NCBI GenBank assembly: GCA_963707955.1
Contig: OY970176.1
Location: forward strand, 576,001 to 640,000
Reading direction: 5' to 3'
DNA: 64,000 bases
Origin: Candidatus Bathyarchaeota archaeon
GTDB lineage: Archaea; Thermoproteota; Bathyarchaeia; Bathyarchaeales; Bathycorpusculaceae
The position numbers were made by a program, and so were the translations under genes. Below, in pieces: positions 10,676-20,464 of the stretch (positions are counted from its first letter, which is position 1; every line of letters starts with the position of its first letter). The notes beneath the pieces are model-generated. The model was not told the origin of the DNA. It saw only the letters and a list, made by a program, of their open reading frames with translations, and did no database searches.

Positions 10676-10729
10676 AGTGAACACATAAATACGGTTCAGT
10701 GCCAATCATATGATTCTGTAGGAGAACCT

Positions 10730-11023
10730 GTGATGCCCGCGATAGAGGTTGGCAGAATATGCGTCAAGGTTTCGGGACGCGAGGCCGGAAGAAAATGTGT
10801 GATAGTTGACGTAGTTGACAAAAGTTTTGTGTTGATAACTGGACCGAAAAAAGTGACTGGGATCAGAAGGCGTCGGGCAAACGTCAACCACGTTGAACCT
10901 TTGCAGGACAGGGTGGAGATCAAGCGTGGAGCCTCCGATGAAGAGATTTCGGAAGCACTGAAAGCTTCTGACAAGCTAGACATGATGGCGAAAGAGGTAA
11001 AACCTCTCCTAACGCCGAAGTAG
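10730..11023 (+). CDS. rpl14e: 50S ribosomal protein L14e
   Basis: IEVGRICVKVSGREAGRKCVIVD signature; upstream of cbf5. Confidence 0.95.
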   Translation: MMPAIEVGRICVKVSGREAGRKCVIVDVVDKSFVLITGPKKVTGIRRRRANVNHVEPLQDRVEIKRGASDEEISEALKASDKLDMMAKEVKPLLTPK

Positions 11024-11156
11024 ACTAAACGGCCGCAGCCTGTGGGCACTTTTCCACAGAAATCGAAAAGTGCGAGGCAGGCAAGAAGCTGTGTTTCGCA
11101 TCTAAGCTCAAATACTTCAAACACTTTTTCTGTGTGCAAGGAGTGATATTGCCACT

Positions 11157-12189
11157 ATGCCTAGGACTGCTGCTCCATGGGAAGTTAAGCATGAGCTGCT
11201 TGTCAAAGCTGAGGACGAAACTGACCCGCGTTTTGGATGTAAGCCCGAAGAAAGGTCGGCTGAGGATTTGATGAAATACGGTGTGATCAACGTTGACAAA
11301 CCGGCCGGTCCGAGCAGCCACGAGGTTGCGGCGTGGGTTAAGCGCATCTTGAAGCAGGAGCATGTTGGTCACGGCGGGACTCTAGAGGCGAAGGCTTAGC
11401 CAGAGAAATCCCAAAGTGACCGGCGTTCTGCCCGTGACTCTAGGGGACGCCACGAAAGTTGTTCAGGCATTGCTCCACAGCGGGAAAGAGTACGTCTGCG
11501 TGATGAAGCTTCATAAAGACGTAAGCATAGAACAAATCAAGAAAGTTCTAGGCGAGTTTGAGGACAACATCTATCAGCGACCGCCTCTAAGGGCTTCGGT
11601 CAAACGTCAACTTCGAACCCGACGCATCTATTACCTGGACCTCCTCGAAACAGACGGACGCAAAGTCCTCTTCAGAACCGGATGCGAAGGCGGCACGTAC
11701 ATACGCAAGCTATGCTTTGACATCGGCGAAGTCTTGGGCTGCGGCGCACACATGCAGGAGCTGCGAAGAACTAGAGCCGGGCCGTTCGTTGAAAGAGACA
11801 GCGTGATCTTGCATGATGCTGCCTACAGTTTCATGATGTGGCAGGAAAAGAACGATGAAACATATCTAAGACGGTTTATTCAGCCGATGGAGCGAGCCTT
11901 GGACATGATTCCAAAGGTTCATATTCGGGACTCAGCAGTGGACGCACTGTGTCACGGTGCAAACCTGACTGCTCCAGGGGTCTTATCGTTTGAGAGCAGT
12001 GTTAAAGCAGGTTCAATGATTGCTGTTCTAACCTTGAAAGATGAGGCCGTTTGCTTGAGCAGAGCTGTCGTCGACGGGAGCCAGGTCTTGAATATGGAGC
12101 ACGGATTTGTCGCGAAGACTGATAGAGTGCTCATGCCCAGAGGTACGTATCCAAAACGCTGGAAGAGCGGTTTGAAAAAAGATGAGTGA
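11157..12189 (+). CDS. cbf5: H/ACA pseudouridine synthase Cbf5, interrupted by a BHB intron (exons 11157-11385 and 11408-12189)
   Basis: DKPAGPSSHEV, HGGTL[D]PKVTGVLP restored by splicing, GTYIR, C-terminal PUA domain. Confidence 0.95.
11386..11407 (+). other. 22-nt mRNA intron with canonical bulge-helix-bulge
   Basis: GGGA-CTCT-AG^A-GGC...GCC-AGAG-AA^A-TCCC; excision gives CTA GAT CCC AAA GTG. Confidence 0.92.
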
Positions 12190-12799
12190 GGAGAACAAGA
12201 GTACAGAGCATTACTTTGTAGAACACCCAAGGTCAAGGGCAACGTTTGGGCTGGTCTGCACCTACCTGCGGGGAAGACCTTTCGAGTTCCTGACAGCCTC
12301 GGGCATATTTTCAAGGAGCCGAATCGACCTGGGTACAAGGCTGCTAATCGAATGCATGGTGCTTCCTGAAAACGGTTACGTGCTGGACATCGGATGTGGC
12401 TACGGACCCGTCGGCATTGCAGCAGCGGCTTTCAACCCAAAACTGCACGTGGTGCTGGCCGACGTTAACAGCCGAGCAGTATGGCTGGCAAGGCAGAACG
12501 TTGAGAAGAACCGTGTCGGCAATGCGGAGGTAAGGCGGGGCAACTTGTACGAACCTGTTCAGGAGCTGCTTTTCGACTGTGTGCTTTCGAACCCGCCTGT
12601 GAGTGCAGGACTGAAGACTGTTAGGGCGATAATCTGTGAAGCGCCAAAGCATATGCTGAACAAAGGCACTTTTCAAATGGTCGTCAGATCCAAGGTTGGC
12701 GGCAGACGATTCTGCAGCTTTTTCGAGGAGGCTTTTGGAAATGTTGAGGTTTCGGCACGCGAAAGCGGCTATCGGGTCTTAATGTCGCACAAACATTAA
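12182..12799 (+). CDS. class I SAM methyltransferase (RsmC/MTS-like)
   Basis: IDLGTRLL, LDIGCGYG, SNPP motifs. Confidence 0.9.
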   Translation: MSEENKSTEHYFVEHPRSRATFGLVCTYLRGRPFEFLTASGIFSRSRIDLGTRLLIECMVLPENGYVLDIGCGYGPVGIAAAAFNPKLHVVLADVNSRAVWLARQNVEKNRVGNAEVRRGNLYEPVQELLFDCVLSNPPVSAGLKTVRAIICEAPKHMLNKGTFQMVVRSKVGGRRFCSFFEEAFGNVEVSARESGYRVLMSHKH

Positions 12800-13033
12800 G
12801 GTCGATCGTCTAAGCGACTAGAAAACCTATTATAAACTAGAAGCTTGAGTATGATTTGCTGGGTTTGAGTCGGGGTCTCTTAGCCAAGTATAGTGCGCGC
12901 GCTTATCTTAGGCTCTTTCCTCTGTTTCGTTTATCGTCATGCGCAGGAATTTGGGTCTAATTGTGGAAAATCCTTTAATCCTACTGAACCTTTATAGGCA
13001 AGACTTAGAATACTGGAAATAAAAGGTGTACTG

Positions 13034-14002
13034 ATGGATATCTGGAAGCTCCGTTTGTCCATGGCTGGGACGCTTGCCCTAATAATAGGTCTGTCAACGT
13101 TGTTTTTCACGGTTATTCTGAGCTTGACAGCATCCTTCGATCTCTTAACCTTGGGCGTATTGGTCGGGGTGTTTAACATTGTCATGTGGCTTATTTCACC
13201 CTATTTGATTGGTGCAATGTACCGCGTTCGTGCGATGTCTGCAACTGAGCAGCCACAACTTCACGAAGTTGTCGCTGATCTCAGCAAAAAATGCAACATA
13301 AAGACACCAAGGCTAATGCTGGCGCAGATCCCACTGCCGAACGCTTTTGCTTACGGTTCACCGATAGCGGGAACCCGGATTGCGGTCACGAGCGGACTTT
13401 TGACGACCTTGAATGACGGTGAAGTTGCAGCTGTGATTGGACACGAACTTGGACATTTGAGACACAGAGACGTGGAGATAATGATGTTCGTTTCATTGTT
13501 GCCCGCCGTAGCCTACTACATAGGTTTTTCCCTCATGCTCTCAGGCATGTTTGGAGGAAATCAAAAGAATTCAGGTAGCGGTGCGGCGCTGGGCATGGTC
13601 TTTATGGCTTTTTCGTTCATAATGAACCTGTTTATACTCAATCTCAGTAGACTCCGCGAGTACTACGCTGACAGAAACAGCGCATCAATCGTCGATGGGG
13701 GATCACAGAAACTCTCGACTGGACTGGCAAAAATAGTTAATGCAAGCAAAAACATGGGTAGGATGGGTAGGACGAGACAGCAAGCGAGGAACCAGAATGC
13801 ATTCAAGGCGTTGTTCATCACCGACCCTGACCACGCAAACGTCGACTCTGCTGAATTGTCCGCAATGTCAGCCGGAGACAGTCAAAAACTGGTCCAGGAG
13901 ATATTGTCAAAGAAGCTGACAACGGCCGATCGGATTCAAGAAGTTTTCTCGACGCATCCCAACATAATTAAGCGACTAAGAGCCTTGCAAGAACTTTCCT
14001 AA
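13034..14002 (+). CDS. htpX: zinc metalloprotease HtpX (M48)
   Basis: PNAFA, HELGH, SRLREYYAD, STHP motifs. Confidence 0.92.
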   Translation: MDIWKLRLSMAGTLALIIGLSTLFFTVILSLTASFDLLTLGVLVGVFNIVMWLISPYLIGAMYRVRAMSATEQPQLHEVVADLSKKCNIKTPRLMLAQIPLPNAFAYGSPIAGTRIAVTSGLLTTLNDGEVAAVIGHELGHLRHRDVEIMMFVSLLPAVAYYIGFSLMLSGMFGGNQKNSGSGAALGMVFMAFSFIMNLFILNLSRLREYYADRNSASIVDGGSQKLSTGLAKIVNASKNMGRMGRTRQQARNQNAFKALFITDPDHANVDSAELSAMSAGDSQKLVQEILSKKLTTADRIQEVFSTHPNIIKRLRALQELS

Positions 14003-14498
14003 ACACCCACGCTGATTCTCCACGTTATGCACAACCGTCGGACTCGAACCTCGTATTTCTGGCGCATGCCAATTTGGGAGTCATTATGGAAAACACCTAT
14101 ATGCCCTTCTAATCGCCTGTGAATGCGAGGCATACGTAAACTTCATTTGCAAGTAATGATGTGAAGGAAGGATGATGATGAAAGCCGGAAAGACTTTTAT
14201 CCCCAAACCATTCTACGCTTATCCCTTTACCGTTACTTCCCCTTCCTTCCCCTTCTCCTTCTCTCTCTTTGACTGTTAACTATTACACACAATTACAATT
14301 ACATACACACAGAGACAGACAGACACAGCGCGCACATACACACGTGTTTTGAAACACACGTGTTTTGAAGAAACCTTCGCTTGTGCGTGCGAAATTAGGT
14401 CTAATTCTGGTAAAAAGTTTTATATGTTGGCATAATTTCTTAGGGCGTGTGGAAAAACGTATGGACAAGTTGTACTGTGGCAGAAATTTGATTGTTCA

Positions 14499-15758
14499 AT
14501 GGAGAAGGTGAAAATGAAAAACGTGTCTGTAGTGATGATTGTGGGCATTCTGTGTTTGTCGATGTTTGGGGTGCTTACGTTGAACGTGAGAGCCCAGTCT
14601 GGCGTTGACTGGTGGACTGAATTTCATCATGATTCGACGCTCACTGGCGCTTCAAATTCAACTGCGCCTCTTACGAACCAAACAGCTTGGAGCTACGCGA
14701 CTGGTTCCTCTGTTTATTCTCCTCCTACCGTTGATAATGGCATCGTGTACGTGGGCTCAGAGAATGACAACGTTTATGCTTTAAACGCTTCAACGGGTAG
14801 CGGGATCTGGAGCTTTACGACAGGTTACACTGTGGAGTCTTCACCTGCTGTTGCAGGGGGCATGGTTTTTGTAGGCTCAGACGACTACTACGTGTATGCT
14901 TTGAACAGTTTAACTGGCGCGTCTGTGTGGACCTACCTAACACGGGGGGCGGTGGAGTCTTCACCTGCTGTTGCAGGGGGCATGGTTTTTGTAGGCTCTG
15001 TTGATGGCAACGTTTATGCTTTAAACGAGAACACGGGCACTCTGGTGTGGAATTTCACGACTGGCGGCGGGGTGTATTCTTCTCCAGCCGTTTCTGGCGG
15101 CGCGGTGTATGTGGGTTCGGCTGACTATAACGTTTATGCTTTGAACGAGACCACGGGCAGCGAGATGTGGAACTTTACGACGCAACAGCATGTGGAGTCT
15201 TCACCTGCTGTTGCAGGGGGCATGGTTTTTGTAGGCTCAGAGGATGGCAGGGTTTACGGTTTGAACGCTTCAACGGGCACTCTCGTGTGGAAGTACACGA
15301 CAGACGCTGGCGTATACTCTTCTCCAGCTGTTGCTAATGGCATCGTATACGTCGGCTCCCTTGATAGCAGCGTTTATGCTTTGAACGCTGCGACGGGCGC
15401 GTACCTGTGGAGTTTCATGACAGGCGGCCCTGTGTATTCTTCCCCAGCCGTTGCTGAGAACACGGTGTTCATAGGTTCAACGGACGACAATGTTTACGCC
15501 CTGGACGCTTCCACGGGCACGTACCTCTGGAGCTACACGACTGGTGACGCTGTATACTCTTCTCCCGCTGTCGCCAACGGCATCGTATACATCGGCTCCC
15601 TTGATGACAACGTGTACGCTTTCGGCCCTTCCAGTAGTAGCGGCTTCAATTGGAATTCTATAGAAGGATATGTGATTATCGCTGCAATAGCTATTATCCT
15701 AATAGCAGTAGTATTGTTAGTCATTTCTAGAATGGGTGGCAGAAAGGGCAAAATCTAG
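14499..15758 (+). CDS. secreted PQQ/BamB-like beta-propeller surface protein with C-terminal TM anchor
   Basis: about eight 40-aa repeats SSPAV..G.VYVGS.D..VYAL; signal peptide and TM tail. Confidence 0.9.
   Translation: MEKVKMKNVSVVMIVGILCLSMFGVLTLNVRAQSGVDWWTEFHHDSTLTGASNSTAPLTNQTAWSYATGSSVYSPPTVDNGIVYVGSENDNVYALNASTGSGIWSFTTGYTVESSPAVAGGMVFVGSDDYYVYALNSLTGASVWTYLTRGAVESSPAVAGGMVFVGSVDGNVYALNENTGTLVWNFTTGGGVYSSPAVSGGAVYVGSADYNVYALNETTGSEMWNFTTQQHVESSPAVAGGMVFVGSEDGRVYGLNASTGTLVWKYTTDAGVYSSPAVANGIVYVGSLDSSVYALNAATGAYLWSFMTGGPVYSSPAVAENTVFIGSTDDNVYALDASTGTYLWSYTTGDAVYSSPAVANGIVYIGSLDDNVYAFGPSSSSGFNWNSIEGYVIIAAIAIILIAVVLLVISRMGGRKGKI
14832..15238 (+). repeat. three identical 47-bp intragenic repeats (starting 14832, 14952, 15192)
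   Basis: gtggagtcttcacctgctgttgcagggggcatggtttttgtaggctc three times. Confidence 0.9.
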
Positions 15759-16015
15759 CACGCGATGGAAGTCTACGTTTCTGTAAAGTTCGCTTCGCCA
15801 AGTGCACGATTCCAAATAGTCAAGCTCAAAATGGAACCGTTAGCTGAAACAGAAAGCGAGCCATTAAGCTTCGTGCAGATGCTGGCGCGTTGCATATACT
15901 TTTTGCATATGCGCTAGCGAGCGGTCTACTTGGTTAGGCAACACTGCAAGTGTGAGTTGACTCAGTGGACATGTTAAAACAAACGCTAGGCCTTCGGACC
16001 TTGGCTTGTAGAGCG

Positions 16016-16783
16016 CTAAACTTCTCTCCACCGTGCCTTGGTTTTTGCAACCATGAAAAGTATGACTGTTACAGCTATTAGGACACTCCAAGCGAGAACT
16101 ATCATCGCAAGTGGCAGCGACAGATAGCCAGCAGAACTCTGAGCTAACTCTGCTGCGTACGTGGTTGGGGAGAGGTAGGCCAGATATCTGAACGGAAGCG
16201 GGATGTAGGTAATGGGATAGTAAACAGGCGGTATCGTTGAGAAAAGCGTGGAAAGTAGCCGTGTGAACGCAAAGCTCTGGACTATGTCGCTGGAAAACGT
16301 TGAGAGCGTGTAGCCAACCGCCATTGAAGCAAAAAACATGAGGAGAAGCACTGCGATGAACTCTAGGACTCCAACGACGCTCAGTGCCACATAGTAGTGT
16401 GCTATCACGGCGAGCACGGTTAGCGCGGGAATGGAGTAGACGATCTCTGAGATGGCGATTCCAATCATGTAGGTCAGCCAAGTGGTTGGAGAACTGACCA
16501 CCATGTCTTGCAGCTTGAAATCGTTCTTCAGGTGCGAAAGGTCGGCTTGTAGGGACATGCCGCTTGAGAACATGCTCATTATGAACCCGCCTTCCACTGC
16601 CTCTCCTATGAGGCTACCGCGGCTTACGAACACTATGAGGACTAGGAACGAGAGGGGGGACAGAACCGTGTTGATTAGGACGATCGGGTAGTTCCTCATT
16701 TCATACAATGCGTTAACAAGTATCGCGGCCAGAAACTCGCTGAACCTACTCCTCTTCTGCATCGCGCTCTTCTTGAATGCCAA
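16016..16783 (-). CDS. ABC-2 type transporter permease
   Basis: 6 TM segments, PPVYYP...P.TYA motif; overlaps ATPase gene. Confidence 0.85.
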   Translation of the reverse strand: MAFKKSAMQKRSRFSEFLAAILVNALYEMRNYPIVLINTVLSPLSFLVLIVFVSRGSLIGEAVEGGFIMSMFSSGMSLQADLSHLKNDFKLQDMVVSSPTTWLTYMIGIAISEIVYSIPALTVLAVIAHYYVALSVVGVLEFIAVLLLMFFASMAVGYTLSTFSSDIVQSFAFTRLLSTLFSTIPPVYYPITYIPLPFRYLAYLSPTTYAAELAQSSAGYLSLPLAMIVLAWSVLIAVTVILFMVAKTKARWREV

Positions 16784-17720
16784 CTCCTTTGCCTCCTTCT
16801 TGATTCACAAGATAGAAGAATATGTCGTCCAGTGTTACCGGATTGATGGTAAACTTGTACCCGCCTTTGGAGAGTTCTCTTGAAATTCTGAAGGCCTCTT
16901 CCTCTGTCGTGAGTATTCTGACATAGCCATCCCTTCCAGTTACTATCTCGCCCTTCAAAAGCGTAAGAAAGTCAGGCGCCGGTTTTGAGAGCAGCTTCAT
17001 GCTATAGTTGTAATTTATGCTTTGTCTCAGATCCTCGAGGGTTCCGATGCGGATTAGTTTGCCGTGATCCAGGATGCCGATCTTATCAGCTAGCTGTTCC
17101 GCTTCTTCGAGATAATGTGTAGTAAGAAATGTGAAGCGGTCGTTTCCAATATCTTTGAGAATCTCCCAGAATTCTCTCCTTGAGATCGGGTCGAGTCCCG
17201 TTGTCGGCTCGTCTAAGAAGAGTATTTCGGCTTCTGAAGACAGGACAGTCGCAACCAAAACCTTTCTCTTCATTCCTCCTGAGAGCATGCGATTCAAAGT
17301 ATTGCGGTATTCGCTGAGTCCGAGCTTTTCAAGCGAATCGAAGGCCCTCTTTTTTGCTTCAACGTAGTCGAGTCCTCGCCAAAGAAGATATGATAGCACT
17401 GTTTGCATAGGCGTCATCCACGGTATTGGTCTCGCTTCTTGAGGTACTATAGCGATTTTTTCTCTGAGCCTACGGGGCTCCTTCACGACGTCTATACCGT
17501 TTATGGTGGCTCTTCCTGATGTTGGTTCAAGCTCGGTTGCAAGGATACGTACGAGCGTGGTCTTTCCAGAACCGTTTCGGCCTATCAGCACGAATACACC
17601 ATGCGTGGGAATAGAGAAGCTTGCCGAGTCAAGCGCCTTCGTCTTGCTCTTGCCATAGACCTTGGTTAGACGATCACATGTAATTAACTGAGAACTCTCC
17701 TCCATTCCCTCACCCAACAC
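16746..17720 (-). CDS. ABC transporter ATP-binding protein
   Basis: GRNGSGKTT, LSGGM, LDEPT, TTH motifs. Confidence 0.93.
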   Translation of the reverse strand: MLGEGMEESSQLITCDRLTKVYGKSKTKALDSASFSIPTHGVFVLIGRNGSGKTTLVRILATELEPTSGRATINGIDVVKEPRRLREKIAIVPQEARPIPWMTPMQTVLSYLLWRGLDYVEAKKRAFDSLEKLGLSEYRNTLNRMLSGGMKRKVLVATVLSSEAEILFLDEPTTGLDPISRREFWEILKDIGNDRFTFLTTHYLEEAEQLADKIGILDHGKLIRIGTLEDLRQSINYNYSMKLLSKPAPDFLTLLKGEIVTGRDGYVRILTTEEEAFRISRELSKGGYKFTINPVTLDDIFFYLVNQEGGKGVGIQEERDAEEE

Positions 17721-18047
17721 GACTGTTGAATTTTTGGCGGCGCTGTTAACCCTTTCGGTTCATGGAACAAAAGACAAGCACTTACTCCATCGGCACGCTA
17801 GGCTGCTTAGAAAGCGCGCTGACTCGTCCCGAAATTAGTCTAAAATAACTACAATTCTTGTTCTCGAGTTTGGGGGCACGTTTCAGGTGTCCATCTGTTT
17901 TTAGCCCGCTTGCGTGCCTTGAAGTCCAAACGGCTAGGTGCAGCCTCAACGGTTTATAGCGCGTGCGGCAGGCTGGAACAACGACTAACGAAAGGTCTGT
18001 AGTTTGGGAGACTTCGGCTCGGGATACGTTGAAATACGTGCGGTGAG

Positions 18048-19019
18048 ATGTCAGTACCTATGGATTACAGAAATCTCGGCAAGTCGGGTCTTAAAGTTTC
18101 ACGGATCTGTCTGGGAACAAATAATTTCGGTGGACAGGTCAATGAGGAAACTTCCATAAAGATAGTTGACAGGGCTCTCGACTGTGGGATAAACGTTGTA
18201 GACACAGCAAATGTGTACACGGGAGGCAAGTCGGAAGAGATAATTGGAAACGCCGTGAAGGGTCGCAGAGACGAAGTCATTATAGCGACAAAGGTGGGAT
18301 TCGGCACTGGTGAAGGACCAAACCGGACGGGCCTCTCGCGCAAACACATTCTTTCTCAGGTTGAGCATAGTTTGAATAGCTTACAGACAGACTTCATCGA
18401 CATTTATTATCTGCATCGCTTCGACCCTGAAACGCCTCTTGAGGAGACGCTTCGAACGTTCGATGACCTCGTACGCGGCGGAAAGGTGCGGTATGTGGCG
18501 TGCTCTAATTTTTCGGCGTGGCAGATAGCCCAAGCCCACGAGATCTGCGAGACGCATGATTTGGAGAAGGTCATCGCAGTTCAACCACCCTACAATCTGC
18601 TACAAAGAGACATTGAGAAAGACATTATCCCTTATTGCCAGCAAGAAGGATTAGGGATTCTAACATACACGCCGCTGATGGGAGGTTTTCTCACCGGAAA
18701 GTATTCGAAAGGTGCGCATCCGCCAACAGGCAGCAGGTTCGAGCACAATCCGAGACTATGGGAACGCGCGAACAAAGAATCGAATTTTGCAGTCCTGGAG
18801 CAGATTGAAAGTGTGGCTAACGATGTCGGCATATCCATATCAAGACTAGCCATTTCGTGGATACTGAAAAACCCCGCGATAACGGCGCCTATCGTCGGGG
18901 CTTCAAGCTCAGAACAAGTCGAGGAAAACTGCAAGATAGCCGAAATTAACCTCAACGACGAAACGTATCAGAGACTTAACGAGTTGACAAACGGCCTAAG
19001 TTTTTCTCTGTACTCTTAA
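18048..19019 (+). CDS. aldo/keto reductase
   Basis: LGKSGLKVSRICLGT, DTANVY, IATK, DIYYLH motifs. Confidence 0.93.
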   Translation: MSVPMDYRNLGKSGLKVSRICLGTNNFGGQVNEETSIKIVDRALDCGINVVDTANVYTGGKSEEIIGNAVKGRRDEVIIATKVGFGTGEGPNRTGLSRKHILSQVEHSLNSLQTDFIDIYYLHRFDPETPLEETLRTFDDLVRGGKVRYVACSNFSAWQIAQAHEICETHDLEKVIAVQPPYNLLQRDIEKDIIPYCQQEGLGILTYTPLMGGFLTGKYSKGAHPPTGSRFEHNPRLWERANKESNFAVLEQIESVANDVGISISRLAISWILKNPAITAPIVGASSSEQVEENCKIAEINLNDETYQRLNELTNGLSFSLYS

Positions 19020-19140
19020 AGCGCGCGTTTATCTACTTTCCATAAAGCTTTAAGCTGTGCTTGGTCAGAGAAAGGGATGCGAACTATCTTCAGACCTATC
19101 CAAAAGTGTGGGATGTATAATCTGGGGTATAGTTCCCCGT

Positions 19141-19249
19141 GCCGGGGTCTCCTAGCTTAGGTATGGAGCAAGCCTGGAGACGATCAATTTCGCCTAACAG
19201 CTTGTGGCCTCTCGGGGCCACGTGGGTTCAAATCCCACTCCCGGCGCCA
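19141..19249 (+). tRNA. tRNA-Ser(GGA) with 19-nt intron at 37/38 (19180-19198); CCA encoded
   Basis: GCCGGGG acceptor, CAAGC-CT-GGA-G/intron/A-GCTTG, long variable arm, GGTTCAAATCC. Confidence 0.9.
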
Positions 19250-19370
19250 ACAAACGATTGAGGAAGCATGAATCAGCATCGAGAGTCATAACTCTCATAA
19301 TTGTTCATCTCTCACGCGCGCGGCTTGTCAAATCTGGCTTCCTATTCTCATATATGCACGGTCAGACTTG

Positions 19371-19661
19371 TTATGATTTACAAGCGGACAATATCTCATC
19401 GACCTTTTCTAGGTTGATATCAGTAATCAAAACTCTCTTCTGTTTAGATGTAAAACCGGAAGTAATCTCAACTTTTCTCTTGAAAACCTTTGAGAGCTCC
19501 TTTATCAACTCTCTATTAACCTTACCTTTCACAGGAGACTCTTTACAGCGCACCACAAGTTCATCATCTTCGACCTCAATCTTGAATTCTCTCGAATCTA
19601 GCTTAACGTAGACATTCAAGACTACTCCTTGATCAGTTTCCAACAATTTCATTGTTGACAC
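19371..19661 (-). CDS. DUF167/YggU family protein
   Basis: PVKGKVNRELI and ITSGFTSKQK pattern. Confidence 0.8.
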   Translation of the reverse strand: MSTMKLLETDQGVVLNVYVKLDSREFKIEVEDDELVVRCKESPVKGKVNRELIKELSKVFKRKVEITSGFTSKQKRVLITDINLEKVDEILSACKS

Positions 19662-19766
19662 AGCTTTCTAGTTTCTGCTTTCTAAATTTAAAGAGGAAAT
19701 TAGTTTCTAATAATTTTGATTGTTTTATAAAGTAGAAATCAGAAACCTTGATGCCATGGAAGTAAC

Positions 19767-20315
19767 ATGAAGATGTGGGCTAAGGAGATCAGGACTCAAG
19801 CAGATCTATATTGTATGTTCAAGAAGATCATTGAAGAGAAGACTCGCTTTGATGGCATAGAATTTTGCAAGGTAGACTTGGAATATCGCGTGAAGCCGAG
19901 TGGAAGAAGAGCAGATCTGGTGGTTTTTATCAAGAATGGCGTTGGAGAAGAAAAAGCATTTTTGGTTATTGAGGTAAAGAGATCGAGGGAGCACGAAGAT
20001 GAAACGGATTATAGTCAGAAATTCCCGTTTCCGGGTCTTGGAGAAATAACGTTGCAGGAAGCAATGGATAAGGGTTTGTTGGACAAAGGCAGCTACAAGT
20101 ACCATATGGGTGCTTTGCAGCAGGCTAGAGAATATGCTCAGAGCATTGGCGCTCCTTTCTTTGCCGTATGCTATGGTGACTCTCTATTTATCCGCAGTTT
20201 CCGTGAGCAGTATGGTAAGTTCTATAAATGCAGGGATTTATCAGAGGAATTTGTTAAGAAACTATTGAATGAATTAGCGCAACTATACGGGATTGTCAAG
20301 AGCACGCAGCAATAG
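19767..20315 (+). CDS. PD-(D/E)XK nuclease, HsdR N-terminal-like
   Basis: E...RADLVV...VIEVK and QAREYA motifs. Confidence 0.7.
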   Translation: MKMWAKEIRTQADLYCMFKKIIEEKTRFDGIEFCKVDLEYRVKPSGRRADLVVFIKNGVGEEKAFLVIEVKRSREHEDETDYSQKFPFPGLGEITLQEAMDKGLLDKGSYKYHMGALQQAREYAQSIGAPFFAVCYGDSLFIRSFREQYGKFYKCRDLSEEFVKKLLNELAQLYGIVKSTQQ

Positions 20316-20464
20316 TCGTGCGTGCTAATCTAGTCTATAAATGCCTTCTTAGATTCAAAAGCGCGCGCAGAATTCTCCTCTTACGTGAACTGTGGTGTTG
20401 GACGGACTATTTCCGAAAGCTAGATCGCGAACGTATTGTTTCATTAAAGAAGGGTACGCACACT

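Noticed and set aside
11157-11416. cbf5 as a frameshifted pseudogene or TAG read-through
   Set aside because: A canonical BHB removes exactly 22 nt and restores the catalytic motif
14700-15620. CRISPR-like periodic repeats
   Set aside because: The 120-bp period is in frame and encodes beta-propeller blades; no cas genes
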